From: a bacterium
Lineage (GTDB): Bacteria; Hinthialibacterota; Hinthialibacteria; Hinthialibacterales; Hinthialibacteraceae
Assembly (NCBI GenBank): GCA_963663405.2
Contig: CAXXSM010000004.1
Coordinates: 1 to 64,000, forward strand
Reading direction: 5' to 3'
DNA length: 64,000 bases
In this document: one piece after another, positions 19,890-30,009 of the stretch
Layout: each line of letters opens with the position of its first letter
How positions within the stretch are numbered: position 1 is the first letter of the stretch
Translations under genes and position numbers: made by a program
The notes under the pieces: generated by a model
Databases searched by the model: none
Told to the model about the DNA's origin: nothing
Seen by the model: the letters and a program-made list of their open reading frames with translations, nothing else

Positions 19890-20180
19890 ATGAAAGCGAT
19901 ATGCTTGATCTTCTGTCTTCTTGTTTTTCTCGCCGGTTGTCAATCGTTCATGATTAGACACTGGGATATAGAGGATTGTAACCGTTTAGAGGTTCACGCA
20001 ACGAGGCTTTATAATCAACACCCATTCGAAGGCGGGGGAACCTCAATATCGATCCCGGCGGCTGAGAATTTAGTCCCCATCAAGGGGGAATCTAACTGTT
20101 TATTTTCCATTTCAAGGACGCGGATCAAGCGCGTCACGGAAATGATAGTCATTATCGAAAACGTTGGAAATCACAATTAA
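19890..20180 (+). CDS. Lipoprotein in lysis cassette (spanin candidate)
   Basis: Lipobox FLAG|C. Confidence 0.6.
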   Translation: MKAICLIFCLLVFLAGCQSFMIRHWDIEDCNRLEVHATRLYNQHPFEGGGTSISIPAAENLVPIKGESNCLFSISRTRIKRVTEMIVIIENVGNHN

Positions 20181-20193
20181 TGGAGGCGTAAAA

Positions 20194-20394
20194 ATGGAAG
20201 GTTCGAAAAAATATCAATTGAACGAATTGGATTACAGAAAGATCGGTAAGGGTTTTCTGATTGCGATGGCCGGAGCCCTGGTCCTGTGGATTCCCCAATG
20301 TGTCGAGATGGTTGATTGGGGAGCCGGGACGCTCATCGCCGGTGCGATTGCGTCCACACTCGTCAACGCATTAAAAACGATTTATCCAGGATAA
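20194..20394 (+). CDS. Small two-TM holin-like protein
   Basis: GGAGG RBS; two hydrophobic helices. Confidence 0.6.
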   Translation: MEGSKKYQLNELDYRKIGKGFLIAMAGALVLWIPQCVEMVDWGAGTLIAGAIASTLVNALKTIYPG

Positions 20395-20451
20395 TTCCAA
20401 GCCTCAACAAACCTGATTCTATCCTCACCCTCTCCCCATGAAACACCCTCG

Positions 20452-20480
20452 CTCCGATCCCACCGGGGGAATTTTTTTTG
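20452..20480 (+). terminator. Probable terminator of late operon
   Basis: Imperfect GC hairpin followed by T8; base composition becomes AT-rich afterwards. Confidence 0.4.
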
Positions 20481-20694
20481 ATTTAATTTTTTAAGTGTCT
20501 ATAGATTTACATGTTATTTATGTTGTACAATTCAAATCAAATATCTTTTTGGGACGAATTTTAATATTTCCCCAAATTTATTGGCAGATGCATTTGAACA
20601 GAATGTTGCGATTAACTTGATTTTTTCACTACAAGATTCAGTGTATTGTCATGAATAAACAATCCTGCGATCAATAAAAAAAGGAGAGTAATTC

Positions 20695-21481
20695 ATGTGT
20701 CAAAGTCCTCAGGGAATAGATAAGATCAAAACGCCTGAAGAAAAAGAATTAGATCAAAAGCGAGAAAAACTCAGACAATTGGAATCTCAATTAGCCAACG
20801 AAGAACTTGCTCTATCCACATTAATAACTGAACTGCATTATTTTGAATTGCGTTACTTGAAAATTGTCGGCAGCAGATATGCTGAACTCGATGACATAAA
20901 GGCCAAAATCGCAGAATTGCTTGCTGAAGAAAGTCCCGATGATGATGATTTAAAAGATCATGCAAGAGAGGCCCGTGCTCAGGCGGATAAATCATCTAGT
21001 GAAATAAACGAAGAGGTTATTTCGTTTGAAGAAACAACTAAATTCGAACCACCCGAAAATCTAAAAAGATTATATCGAGAGGTTGCGAAGTGTGTACACC
21101 CGGACCTTGCTATAGACTCTTTAGAACATGAGCGCCGTAATAAGTACATGTCGGATGCAACTCAAGCCTATCAGGAAGGCGACGAAAATCGTTTACAGAG
21201 AATTTTAGACGATTGGAAATCAAGCCCAGAGGCAATAAAGGGAGAAGGAATAGGCGCAGACCTGGTTCGTATCATACGTAAAATTGACCAAGTGCAAAAA
21301 ACGCATCCAAGATATTAATACAGAAATCCAAGAATTGAAGAGAAAGGAAATTTATCAACTTTTATTGAAAGTGAAACAAGCCGAGGAAGAAGATCGAGAT
21401 TTGCTATATGAAATGGCTACGAAGTTGGATCGAGATATTGAAAGAGCAAAACTTCAGTTATCCGTATTGGAGAAGGATTAA
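20695..21481 (+). pseudogene. Coiled-coil J-domain protein, split by a +1 frameshift in A6 at ~21296-21301
   Basis: LKRLYREVAKCVHPD J-domain motif; removing one A joins 20695..21318 to 21284..21481. Confidence 0.78.
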
Positions 21482-21489
21482 ATTTAATC

Positions 21490-22779
21490 GTGAGTGATTC
21501 CAATAACCCTTACCAAAAACAACTTAGCGAGGTTAAGAATCGAGGCTTAATAAACAGGTCTACAAGTCTCATCAGCCGTGGTTTGGATTTAATTGAGGAG
21601 AAAGAAGATCTGGATTCGGCAATTGAGGTTCAGGATTTACCAGAATTTATCAACAGTGTAGTTGAAAAACTGGAGGTAAAAGCATTCTCTCTCTCTGAAA
21701 AAGGGGATTACGCTCAGGCGGAGTCGATTTTTAAGCGGGTGCTGGCCATCAGGGAGAAGGCGCATGGGCCGGACCATCGCGATGTCGCAAGGATTCTGGA
21801 AGGCTTGGCGAAGCTTTACTATGAACAAAGAAATTACGTGCAAGCGGAGCTGCTTTATAAGCGAACTCTGGCAATATATGAGAAGGCGCATGGGCCGGAT
21901 CATCACGATGTCGCATGGATTCTCCGTTGGGCTTTGTCGATTCTTTACTATGATCAAGGTCAATACACAGCGGCGAAGCCGCTTTGCAAACGAGCTCTGG
22001 CGATCAGGGAGAAGGTGTATGGGCCAGAACATCTCTTTGTAGGATTAATTCTGAAATTGTTGGCGAGGCTTTACCGTGGACAAGGTCAATACACGGCGGC
22101 AGAGCCGCTTTATAAACGGGCGCTGACGATTTATGAGAAGAAGTATGGGCCAGACCATCCCGATGTAGCAAAGAGTATACGCTCGTTGGCGAAATTTTAC
22201 TGTGAACAAGGAAATTATGTGCAGGCGGAGCCGCTCTATAAACGGGCGTTGGCGATAATTGAGAAGACGCATGGGCCGGATAATTTCGCGGTCGTATGGT
22301 ATCTCCACTGCTTGGCGAGGCTTTACTGTGACCAAGAAAATTATGTGCTGGCGGAGCCGCTCTATAAACGGGCGCTGGCAATAATTGAGAAGACGCGTGG
22401 ACCGAACTCTGGCCGTGTAGCACCATGTCTGGGCTGGTTGGCAGAGCTTTACCGTGATCAAGGGGATAATGCGCAGGCGGAGCCGCTCTATCAGCGGGCG
22501 CTGGCGATCAAGGAGAAGGTATACGGACCAGACTCTCCAATTTTAGCGGAGAGTCTGAAAAAATTGGCCTCTCTCTATTATGAACAAGGTCAATATACGG
22601 CGGCGGTGCCGCTTTATAAGCGGGAACTTGCTATCATTGAGAAGGCGTGTGGGCCGGACCATCCCGATGTAGCGACGTGTCTAGAAAACTCTGCTAAACT
22701 ATACCGAGCAATGAAACGAGACGACGAAGCAGAAACGCTAGAGAAACGGGCAGCCCGTATCCGTGCTATCCAACGATAA
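21490..22779 (+). CDS. Tetratricopeptide repeat protein (42-aa kinesin-light-chain type repeats)
   Basis: About 8 repeats of AEPLYKRALAI.EK..GPDHPDVA. Confidence 0.92.
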   Translation: MSDSNNPYQKQLSEVKNRGLINRSTSLISRGLDLIEEKEDLDSAIEVQDLPEFINSVVEKLEVKAFSLSEKGDYAQAESIFKRVLAIREKAHGPDHRDVARILEGLAKLYYEQRNYVQAELLYKRTLAIYEKAHGPDHHDVAWILRWALSILYYDQGQYTAAKPLCKRALAIREKVYGPEHLFVGLILKLLARLYRGQGQYTAAEPLYKRALTIYEKKYGPDHPDVAKSIRSLAKFYCEQGNYVQAEPLYKRALAIIEKTHGPDNFAVVWYLHCLARLYCDQENYVLAEPLYKRALAIIEKTRGPNSGRVAPCLGWLAELYRDQGDNAQAEPLYQRALAIKEKVYGPDSPILAESLKKLASLYYEQGQYTAAVPLYKRELAIIEKACGPDHPDVATCLENSAKLYRAMKRDDEAETLEKRAARIRAIQR

Positions 22780-22996
22780 AGTAAAAGGACGTGAACCTTC
22801 TTAAAACCGCTTATCCTATCCTCCCAAGACGTTTCCAGTCTAATACTACAGTGGGCGTTTAACCAAGTCGCTCCAACAGGAGATATAAAAGATCCTGAAA
22901 ATACTGGTATAATTCTACGTTTTCGAATGTTGGTTGTGTGTTGGTTGGAGAATATTGAGGAATTTTGAGTTTTTCGTAAGTCTAGTAAAATCAAAA

Positions 22997-23040
22997 CGCG
23001 CCGAACAGGATTCGAACCTGTAACCTCCTGATCCGTAGTC
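22997..23040 (-). tRNA. 3' half of tRNA-Arg(ACG): att site remnant, not an intact tRNA
   Basis: Minus strand GACT-ACG-GATCAGGAGGTTACAGGTTCGAATCCTGTTCGGCGCG has anticodon loop, T-arm and acceptor 3' strand; no D-arm upstream. Confidence 0.88.
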
Positions 23041-23610
23041 CGTAACAAGCAAGTAACTATAGGTAACAATAAGTAGTTTAAAGTAAATAAATTCAAAACA
23101 TTATGAGCAACTTCTCTTCTTCTGAATATCACCATTTTTACCCTTGTTTACCTATAGTTACCAGAAATTTGGGCAAAATTTGGGCAAGAATAAAAAGAGA
23201 AAGTGTTCTCGAACAGGATTTGAACGGCGCTTTTCAACCGCCATCAGCACGTGGTTTCTGATTCTTCTCTTTCGTTGGCGCCGGTAAATTTTCAATTCCG
23301 TTTCCAACTGGAAAATTCGATCATGTATAAATCGAATCTCATCTTCCCTTTCCTCATGTTGTCCAAAGAAATTACGTAACCTTTTGGATCAGATTCCTTC
23401 CCACTCAACGAGTCGATAGTATAAGAGCTTTGAGGATCAATGGAATTGCTGCATGAATTACGTCCATCGAGGTCCCATATACGAGTCTGTATTGAAAGGG
23501 GATCATATGATATAACATTAATAACGTCAAGCGATTAGCAGTGGACCGATTCGCCCTTGACAGCTTCACGTGGTCCGATTCAAGCGTAACAGCTACAATC
23601 CGGCGCAACT

Positions 23611-23649
23611 CTCAAAAAAAAAGCCCTCACGAAATACGGGGCTTTTGAG
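23611..23649 (-). terminator. Intrinsic terminator downstream of vapBC
   Basis: A9-GCCC...GGGCTTTT hairpin, U-tract on the minus strand. Confidence 0.6.
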
Positions 23650-23659
23650 TAGGAACGAA

Positions 23660-24058
23660 TCAAAGATCAATCCAGTGAGGAGGAAGAGTTTCAAGATTTC
23701 TAAAATGCCTGTCGGTAGAAACGAATTTCTCACAACCGTAATGAGAAGCGAAAGCGATGTGAACGGAATCCATTGCACGCAAATTCTCTCTTTGCGCAAT
23801 CGGAAGTGCGTCTTGAAATACGCTTTCGTAATTCGGCAGGATATCGATTTGAGAAAACACTCCTTGATAAAGAGCAATTAACGCTTGTTGTTTATCCCGA
23901 TAAGGTTTAAACAACACTTCAAGAAGAACCGCTTCCGAAACGCACAATGTCCACCCGTCTTGACTAAGCAATCGAAAATGATCTTCAACAATTTTCCGAT
24001 AATTGGATTGCCCTTCAAAACGGTTAATCCAAACAGCGGAATCCACATAGGCTCTCAT
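23660..24058 (-). CDS. vapC: PIN-domain toxin
   Basis: AYVDSAVWI, SEAVLLEVL, LRAMDSVHIA, FVSTD. Confidence 0.88.
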   Translation of the reverse strand: MRAYVDSAVWINRFEGQSNYRKIVEDHFRLLSQDGWTLCVSEAVLLEVLFKPYRDKQQALIALYQGVFSQIDILPNYESVFQDALPIAQRENLRAMDSVHIAFASHYGCEKFVSTDRHFRNLETLPPHWIDL

Positions 24059-24285
24059 GAGCCAGATTCCCTAAATTCGCGCAAGTCGCGCAATATTTCA
24101 TCAGGACTCCGTCGCGGAATATCCAAAGCGTCCGCTTTTTGAAAAATCTTCCAAATCGCATCCCAATTGGTTTTTCCCTCTGGTTCCATCTGATTCCATT
24201 CTGACAATGTAATCTTTTTCCCCCGCCATTTAGGATCACGGACTTTTATAACACCGTTTTCATCAATTTCGGCTTGAATCAACAT
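24055..24285 (-). CDS. Putative antitoxin
   Basis: AGGAGG RBS before ATG 24285; ATGA overlap with PIN gene; 76 aa. Confidence 0.78.
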   Translation of the reverse strand: MLIQAEIDENGVIKVRDPKWRGKKITLSEWNQMEPEGKTNWDAIWKIFQKADALDIPRRSPDEILRDLREFRESGS

Positions 24286-24457
24286 GGACGCAGGCCTCCT
24301 TTTCGTGTTAATGTTCAAAGACCAATTCCCGACCAAAGACAAGATTCAGTATACCTAACGTGGGCCTCTTCCACAACCCAATTTTTTAAAGGGCGTTACC
24401 AATCTTCTATGCTTGAGTTTTCTAACATGAAATCACAAACACTGGGAGTGGCGACAC

Positions 24458-24625
24458 GTGAATACATTTGTACAGAAATTCGCAAGCATTGTAAAAGGCG
24501 TAATCACTGGGTTCGATCGAATTGTCTTCAAAAGTTCTATTTTACCTCTCATGTATGAGAAAGGCGTAATGAGTTTCTGTCACAGTCGAGGGATCCTGAA
24601 TAAGGATTACAAAAACTGGATGTTG
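24458..24625 (+). pseudogene. N-terminal fragment of a putative mobile-element protein, truncated by an IS end
   Basis: FVQKF...VKGVITGFDRIVFK resembles the start of a recurrent mobile protein family (recalled, not searched); runs into the repeat at 24626. Confidence 0.45.
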
Positions 24626-24762
24626 ATCCCCAGACTCAAAGTGGTGTCATAGAATCGGGGTTGGGAAGCGGTATGTCAATGGGCCGAAATCATGGAGGTG
24701 TAATTTTCCCAAGTCTTTTAATAAAGGGCGTTTACAGTTCAGTCGACTTTTTTGACCATACG
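24626..24762 (-). mobile_element. Orphan end of the IS at 53117-54528
   Basis: 137 bp colinear, highly similar copy of 54392-54528 including the terminal IR. Confidence 0.9.
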
Positions 24763-24768
24763 GGATAG

Positions 24769-24984
24769 GATGAATTCAAAGCAAAGCTGGTGATTAGAAA
24801 TTTAAACAAACTACATTTGATCTACGAAATAGCACAAGAAAAAAAACAAGCAGCAGCAAAACAGATTGCCAAGTAACTCAGGATCGCCGAAAATACGGCC
24901 ACTGAGCACTTGAGAAAATTAGAAAAGAATGGGTATTTGGAAAGAAAGAGGAGAGGAGTGTATATTTTGAAGAATTCAGAATAA
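24769..24984 (+). pseudogene. Winged-HTH gene remnant with in-frame stop
   Basis: AKQIAK*LRIAENTATEHLRKLEKNGYLER.RRGVY. Confidence 0.45.
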
Positions 24985-24988
24985 ATAA

Positions 24989-27448
24989 TTATGTTTGAAT
25001 CGGAACTTTTATTCCAATTTCATTGACAATCATGCTATAAATGTTGATATCCGTTCGCTCTTCAGGAGTGGCTAAAGAAACAATCAAGGAATACCTTGTT
25101 TGCTTCTCAACACATCTAAGGTGCTTTCGGGTCTTCCACCAACCGGTTGTTGGGTAAACCGCAACATTTTGTGAACTGGCAATTTCTGCAGCTGATCCTG
25201 GCCAACGATCATGAATTATCGAGCCTTTTCCCCAACTATTCTTGCCAAAATACCATCGTTCACTTTGGCTACTTGGTTGAACCGTCTCACCTTCTTCACG
25301 AACTGCAAGGTTTATCCTACGAAGAAATTGATCATGATCTTCAGTAGGCGCTTGTAATTCAAAACGCAAGCCATGTGAAGGATATCTGAATTTATCATTC
25401 CAACCAACTTCTCCAGGGCTTGGTTCAACGAAATACGAGAGGGTGATTCGTATTTCTATATCTAATTCCCCTAATTGTTCCAGGGCACTATACGGCCAGG
25501 GCAATTGAATTAAGTGCATTTCATTCATTATTGGATTGTTGTTATCGTTTAGTTTGAAAGGTTGTATCTCTTGTTGAACGATCAGTGTAAAATGGTTTCT
25601 ATCACCTTGAATGGAGAGTTGACAGTTAGGCACGCCGTAACCACAAATGCGAAGCATTTTTGCACGATTGGTTTTCGTATCTTCTTCTAGAAATTGTCTT
25701 TTTAATTCCTCTGGCCATTCAGCAAAATGAACCATTAAACCTCGAATAGTTTCCGGCCAAGCGTTGGGATTGGCTATCTGGATTTCGGCGGCTAATTTTG
25801 CAGCAAGAGCACATGATGCACTCGTTGCCCATATCGTGTCAAACTGCCTTTCTTGCGGTTGATGAGAAGTCGATAGAAGTGAAAGACTGTCACATACCGT
25901 ATAGAACTCACTCTCATCAATTGCCACATTTCCGCCTTCCATTACAATTTCAGGCTTGAATGGAGTATCGTTATTCCATGTGAAACTTGTAGAACTGAAA
26001 GGAGATAATCCACCAGATGAAGCAACAGGATGATAACTACTCAAATCGGTTTCGTCTATTATCTGTTTGTTCGTAATTGCACCAACAGTTAATGCATTCC
26101 ATGATTGCGCTGGATCGTGAACAGAATGTGTCCTGTTCCCATCTGGATATATTCGAGATTCACTTGTATCAACATTTCCTGCGCAAATAATGAACAGTCG
26201 CTTATTTTCATCGTTATAACCGGAGCTAAATATATCGATTGCGCCAGACCAAGAACTAGGCCTACCTCGGTCACGATCTTCCATAGAAGTAACGGCCATG
26301 CAATGAATTCGCTTGTATTCAGGATTTTCAATTTCTGCACGGCTAACGGTTTGACAAGTAATATCTCCCCAGAGCTCTTTGGGATTGCTTTCACCTCTAG
26401 GTGGCAGAATTTTACATGATTCTAATATATGTTCGATAAAAATAGGATTGTTGTTATTTAGAATCTCAACCAAATCTCCATAACCGCAAAGGCCGCTCAT
26501 TAACGTACCATGCCCGTGGGGTTCCGTATCATTAACTCCCCAATTTTGATCGTAAGTAAACAAATCTTTGTCAACGAGTATCGGTTGGATCAAACGATGA
26601 CCGTTATTTACGCCACCATCGAGGATGCAAATCGAAACGTTTGAAATGTTTTGAAAATCTGATCTATCAACAATATCGTCTACCCATTCGGTTTGTTCAA
26701 CATTCGTTTGTTCTAACCAGAAATGCGCTGTCTCTTTTGCCAAACGAAACTCCGCAATATCTGGACTTTTTGATAACAAGTTGGATAAATCATTTATATC
26801 AGCCCATATCAACATTACTCTTCTTTCAGGGAATTTTATACTATTTTCTTTTGCTTTAATATTGCAACCAGTCAATAGTTCTCGAAAATCAGACTCAATA
26901 CCATCATTGTTGTTAGACAACCAAACCTCACACCAGTCTTTCGATTCCGTAGGAATCGGGGCTTCATCTTGCCATAATGTTTTAACCAATGCTAATTTGA
27001 TGCTTTGAATGCTTTCCACCAAGTTCTGGTTTTTCGGATTCCCTTTTTTTGTATCTATCCTTGCATACTCTTCAATCTTTTTGATGAAATATTGATTTTT
27101 GTTAATGGGGACATATACAGTAGAAATTGTTGTTTGATCTTTATCTTCTCCTTCTGTTCGTTGCGATAGAAAACGAATTTTTTGTTGTCGATTTTCCAAG
27201 AGATGAGAGGGCAATTCAAATCCTTTTTGGCTTTTGAATTCTAGATACACGCCTTCTCTCGCTTGTATAGACACAGCGTCTCGTTCTGCTTTTTTCCATG
27301 CTTGGTTTAATTGACGTAACAATCGTTGGCTGTGTTTCTCGCGGTCTCTTGGAGGGAGATTAGGCCGACTACCACCTCCACTAGGTGTGTAATCGATATC
27401 TTCTGGCGGTTTGTCGCTGAAATAGTGTGGAAATTTGATATCAGCCAT
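24989..27448 (-). CDS. ietS: S8 subtilisin-like peptidase (IetS-like)
   Basis: ILDGGV, HGHGTLM, NALTVGA, FKPEIV.EGGN, ATSAS, GYGVP; downstream of AAA ATPase. Confidence 0.85.
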   Translation of the reverse strand: MADIKFPHYFSDKPPEDIDYTPSGGGSRPNLPPRDREKHSQRLLRQLNQAWKKAERDAVSIQAREGVYLEFKSQKGFELPSHLLENRQQKIRFLSQRTEGEDKDQTTISTVYVPINKNQYFIKKIEEYARIDTKKGNPKNQNLVESIQSIKLALVKTLWQDEAPIPTESKDWCEVWLSNNNDGIESDFRELLTGCNIKAKENSIKFPERRVMLIWADINDLSNLLSKSPDIAEFRLAKETAHFWLEQTNVEQTEWVDDIVDRSDFQNISNVSICILDGGVNNGHRLIQPILVDKDLFTYDQNWGVNDTEPHGHGTLMSGLCGYGDLVEILNNNNPIFIEHILESCKILPPRGESNPKELWGDITCQTVSRAEIENPEYKRIHCMAVTSMEDRDRGRPSSWSGAIDIFSSGYNDENKRLFIICAGNVDTSESRIYPDGNRTHSVHDPAQSWNALTVGAITNKQIIDETDLSSYHPVASSGGLSPFSSTSFTWNNDTPFKPEIVMEGGNVAIDESEFYTVCDSLSLLSTSHQPQERQFDTIWATSASCALAAKLAAEIQIANPNAWPETIRGLMVHFAEWPEELKRQFLEEDTKTNRAKMLRICGYGVPNCQLSIQGDRNHFTLIVQQEIQPFKLNDNNNPIMNEMHLIQLPWPYSALEQLGELDIEIRITLSYFVEPSPGEVGWNDKFRYPSHGLRFELQAPTEDHDQFLRRINLAVREEGETVQPSSQSERWYFGKNSWGKGSIIHDRWPGSAAEIASSQNVAVYPTTGWWKTRKHLRCVEKQTRYSLIVSLATPEERTDINIYSMIVNEIGIKVPIQT

Positions 27449-27456
27449 GAGTTAGA

Positions 27457-28419
27457 TCATTTTCTATTATTATATGCGTCTTTTTTGTAATCTAACATTT
27501 CCTGCAATAAAGCCCCGGAAATCGTCTTTTGTTCGTTCAAGATTGCGTCTTTAATCGCGTCGTCACACGCTTGTGTAATCTCCGCATGACTAAGTGATAA
27601 AGCATGGTTTGCACAACGTGCGAGAGGAAATCGCTTTGGCTTAAAATTTGAAATACGGTTTTCGATCAACAATTTCGCTTCTTCGATAGAGGGCTTTTCA
27701 TAATGAAGCACATCATCAAATCGCCTAAACAAAGCCTGATCTAAAAGCGATACATTATTGGTTGCAGCGATGATTACGCTATTCGATTCATCCTGTTCGA
27801 TGAATTGTAGAAAGGCGTTCAGAACTCGGCGCATTTCTCCTACATCGTTATCCCTTCCACGTTCACCTCCTATCGCATCGATTTCATCGAAAAGATAAAC
27901 GCCCTGTTTCTCTTGAATCACATTGAAAATCTGCCTGAGTTTTGCGCTTGTTTCGCCCATGAACTTTGTGATGAGCTTATCCATCAGCACTGTTAGCAGG
28001 GGTAAGTGAAGTTCGCAGGCCAGTATGGAAGCCGTCATTGTTTTTCCCGTACCGGGAGGGCCTGTTAATAATAACTTACGGCGATTATTTAAACCGTGTT
28101 TTTTAAGCGCTCCTTGTTGTCGAAACTCATGAATGATCCGCTTGATCCGTTTTATAGTTGGATCGTTAGCAATGAGATTTTTTAATCGTTCTTGAGGCGT
28201 CGATAGTAAAACGAGATCTTCGAGATCTTTGTGTAACGGAATCACTTTAACAAGCGTTTTTTTCGACTCATCAACAATTTCCCGTATTTCGTGAGCTAAT
28301 GCAGTATGCCCCTGACGCGCTTCATAGGCGGCAACTTGAAGAGTTAGAGACGTAAAGCGTTCTTTATCATTGTTAAAATGAGTTTTTATCAATGTTTTAA
28401 GGTGCTCAGCCGTGGCCAT
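27457..28419 (-). CDS. ietA: AAA+ ATPase (IetA-like)
   Basis: GPPGTGKT, FDEIDA, NDVGEMRRVLN, AATN, LD.ALFRRFD. Confidence 0.85.
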   Translation of the reverse strand: MATAEHLKTLIKTHFNNDKERFTSLTLQVAAYEARQGHTALAHEIREIVDESKKTLVKVIPLHKDLEDLVLLSTPQERLKNLIANDPTIKRIKRIIHEFRQQGALKKHGLNNRRKLLLTGPPGTGKTMTASILACELHLPLLTVLMDKLITKFMGETSAKLRQIFNVIQEKQGVYLFDEIDAIGGERGRDNDVGEMRRVLNAFLQFIEQDESNSVIIAATNNVSLLDQALFRRFDDVLHYEKPSIEEAKLLIENRISNFKPKRFPLARCANHALSLSHAEITQACDDAIKDAILNEQKTISGALLQEMLDYKKDAYNNRK

Positions 28420-28820
28420 TTACTTTCCCCATTTCATCTTGTAATAGAGATTCTAAACCTAATGATATGTAAGGCACCCCCCAATCGTTGGACAAAATTG
28501 GGGAGGAATTAAGGTAGTTTTTCCGCCGTGTCGTATGAGATTCATATCGTAAGATTTATTTCTACCTTAGCATAATTTCTGGATTCGTCTATAGTCTGTC
28601 CGGAGACTCCGGACAGGCAGTGCGGGCCATGGAGGCGTCCATCCCGCGACGAAACGGTACGGAGTCCCTTATTGTTGGGGCTGTCTTCATACCGGATTGG
28701 ATCAAAACGCGTTCCCCCTGTGGGGCGGAGGGGGGACTTTAATTTTGCTGTTCGAGCCATGAGTTTTCTCCTTTCGATCTCCTTTCGATCTTGTTTCGTT
28801 CGGCGCCGGGATGTCTTACA

Positions 28821-29657
28821 TCAATTGCTCCAATAGACCGCATGCGGCGTTTGATACCGGAGAGCCTGGTGAAGACGCTCCCGGTTGTAGAACGTGAAAT
28901 ACTCGTTCAGACGCGTCCGGCTGTCCCTCAAACTGGTGTAATCGTTGAGATAGACCTCTTCATACTTGACGGTTCGCCACAAGCGTTCGATGAAGATATT
29001 ATCGAAGACTCGTCCACGGCTATCCATGCTGATTCGCACCCCCGCGGCGAGGAGCCGATCAGTGAACGCTGCGCTGGTGAACTGACTGCCTTGATCGCTG
29101 TTAAACATGGCTGGCTGGGCCAAGCCGAGCGCGGCGTCTAACGCCTCCAGACAGAACTCCACCTCAAGCGCATTCGAAAGCCGCCATGACAGCACGTACC
29201 GGCTATACCAGTCCATCACCGCCACAAGATACACAAAACCGTTTCGCAAGAGAATATACGTGATATCCGTACACCAAACCTGATTCGGCCGATCGATGGT
29301 CAGACAGTTGAACAGGTAAGGATATTTCTTGTGTTCGTCCGTACCCTGACTCAAGTGGGGCTTGTGATAGATCGCCTGCAAATCCATTCGGCGCATCAAG
29401 CGGCTGACGCGCTTATTGTTCACGACGCAGCCTTGAAGCCTAAGCCACTTGGTCATGCGGTGCACGCCATAGAACGGATACCGGGTGTATTGTTCATCGA
29501 TCATATTCATCAAACTCATAGTGCAACGGGTCTCGCCTGTTGGTTGATAGTAATAGCCTGACCGGGAGAAACCCACGAGTTCGCATTGACGCAAAATGGA
29601 AATGTGTGGATGGTCCGGATCGATCCACGAGCGTTTGACCTCAACCGAAAAGATCAA
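28821..29657 (-). CDS. IS3 transposase OrfB (DDE)
   Basis: NQVWCTDITY, NSDQGSQFTS, DNIFIERLWRTVKYE. Confidence 0.93.
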   Translation of the reverse strand: MIFSVEVKRSWIDPDHPHISILRQCELVGFSRSGYYYQPTGETRCTMSLMNMIDEQYTRYPFYGVHRMTKWLRLQGCVVNNKRVSRLMRRMDLQAIYHKPHLSQGTDEHKKYPYLFNCLTIDRPNQVWCTDITYILLRNGFVYLVAVMDWYSRYVLSWRLSNALEVEFCLEALDAALGLAQPAMFNSDQGSQFTSAAFTDRLLAAGVRISMDSRGRVFDNIFIERLWRTVKYEEVYLNDYTSLRDSRTRLNEYFTFYNRERLHQALRYQTPHAVYWSN

Positions 29658-29937
29658 ATTTTTTTTTCAGCCAGTCGAGTTCTACTTTCAACTGGCCGAT
29701 CTGTTTGTACAACTCATCGATGAGCGCTTCCTGATCCTGGTCCGCTTTCTCGCGCTTGCAGGAAAAGAGATTGGGCAACTCATCCATGACTTTTTTTTTC
29801 CATTGTCGGATCTGGTTTGGATGCACTTCGTGCAGACTGGCGAGTTCGGACAGGGTTTTCTCTCCCTTGATCGCGTTCAGAGCGACTTTGGCTTTGAACG
29901 CGCCGCTGAATTGTTTGCGTTTGTTCTTCATGGTCAA
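29641..29937 (-). CDS. IS3 transposase OrfA, with A9 frameshift site into OrfB
   Basis: FKAKVAL, VHPNQIRQWK, LYKQIGQLKVELDWLKKK. Confidence 0.92.
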   Translation of the reverse strand: MTMKNKRKQFSGAFKAKVALNAIKGEKTLSELASLHEVHPNQIRQWKKKVMDELPNLFSCKREKADQDQEALIDELYKQIGQLKVELDWLKKKFDLFG

Positions 29938-30009
29938 TCCTCCAAGCCAAGTTGTCGACTCGGCGGATTTCCACCTTAAACCACTGTCCGAATTTTGGAG
30001 GGCACTTCA

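Larger units (their letters stand above)
1..20394 (+). mobile_element. Prophage late region (siphovirus-type head-neck-tail-lysis operon), continues off the left edge
   Basis: Contiguous co-oriented capsid, connector, tail, tape measure, tail tip, fibre, holin and endolysin genes in canonical order. Confidence 0.95.
28470..30009 (-). mobile_element. IS3-family insertion sequence
   Basis: Imperfect IRs TAAGGCACCCCCCAATCGTTGGACA / TGAAGTGCCCTCCAAAATTCGGACA; orfA and orfB; no target duplication seen. Confidence 0.88.

Noticed and set aside
21700-22740. 126-bp tandem DNA repeats as an array or DGR template
   Set aside because: Explained by TPR coding repeats; no reverse transcriptase or TR/VR pair seen
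22997-23075. Intact tRNA-Arg
   Set aside because: No D-arm or 5' acceptor strand beyond the anticodon stem
28542-28790. Passenger ORF and 11-bp tandem duplication inside IS3
   Set aside because: No recognisable motifs; insufficient support despite an AGGAG upstream
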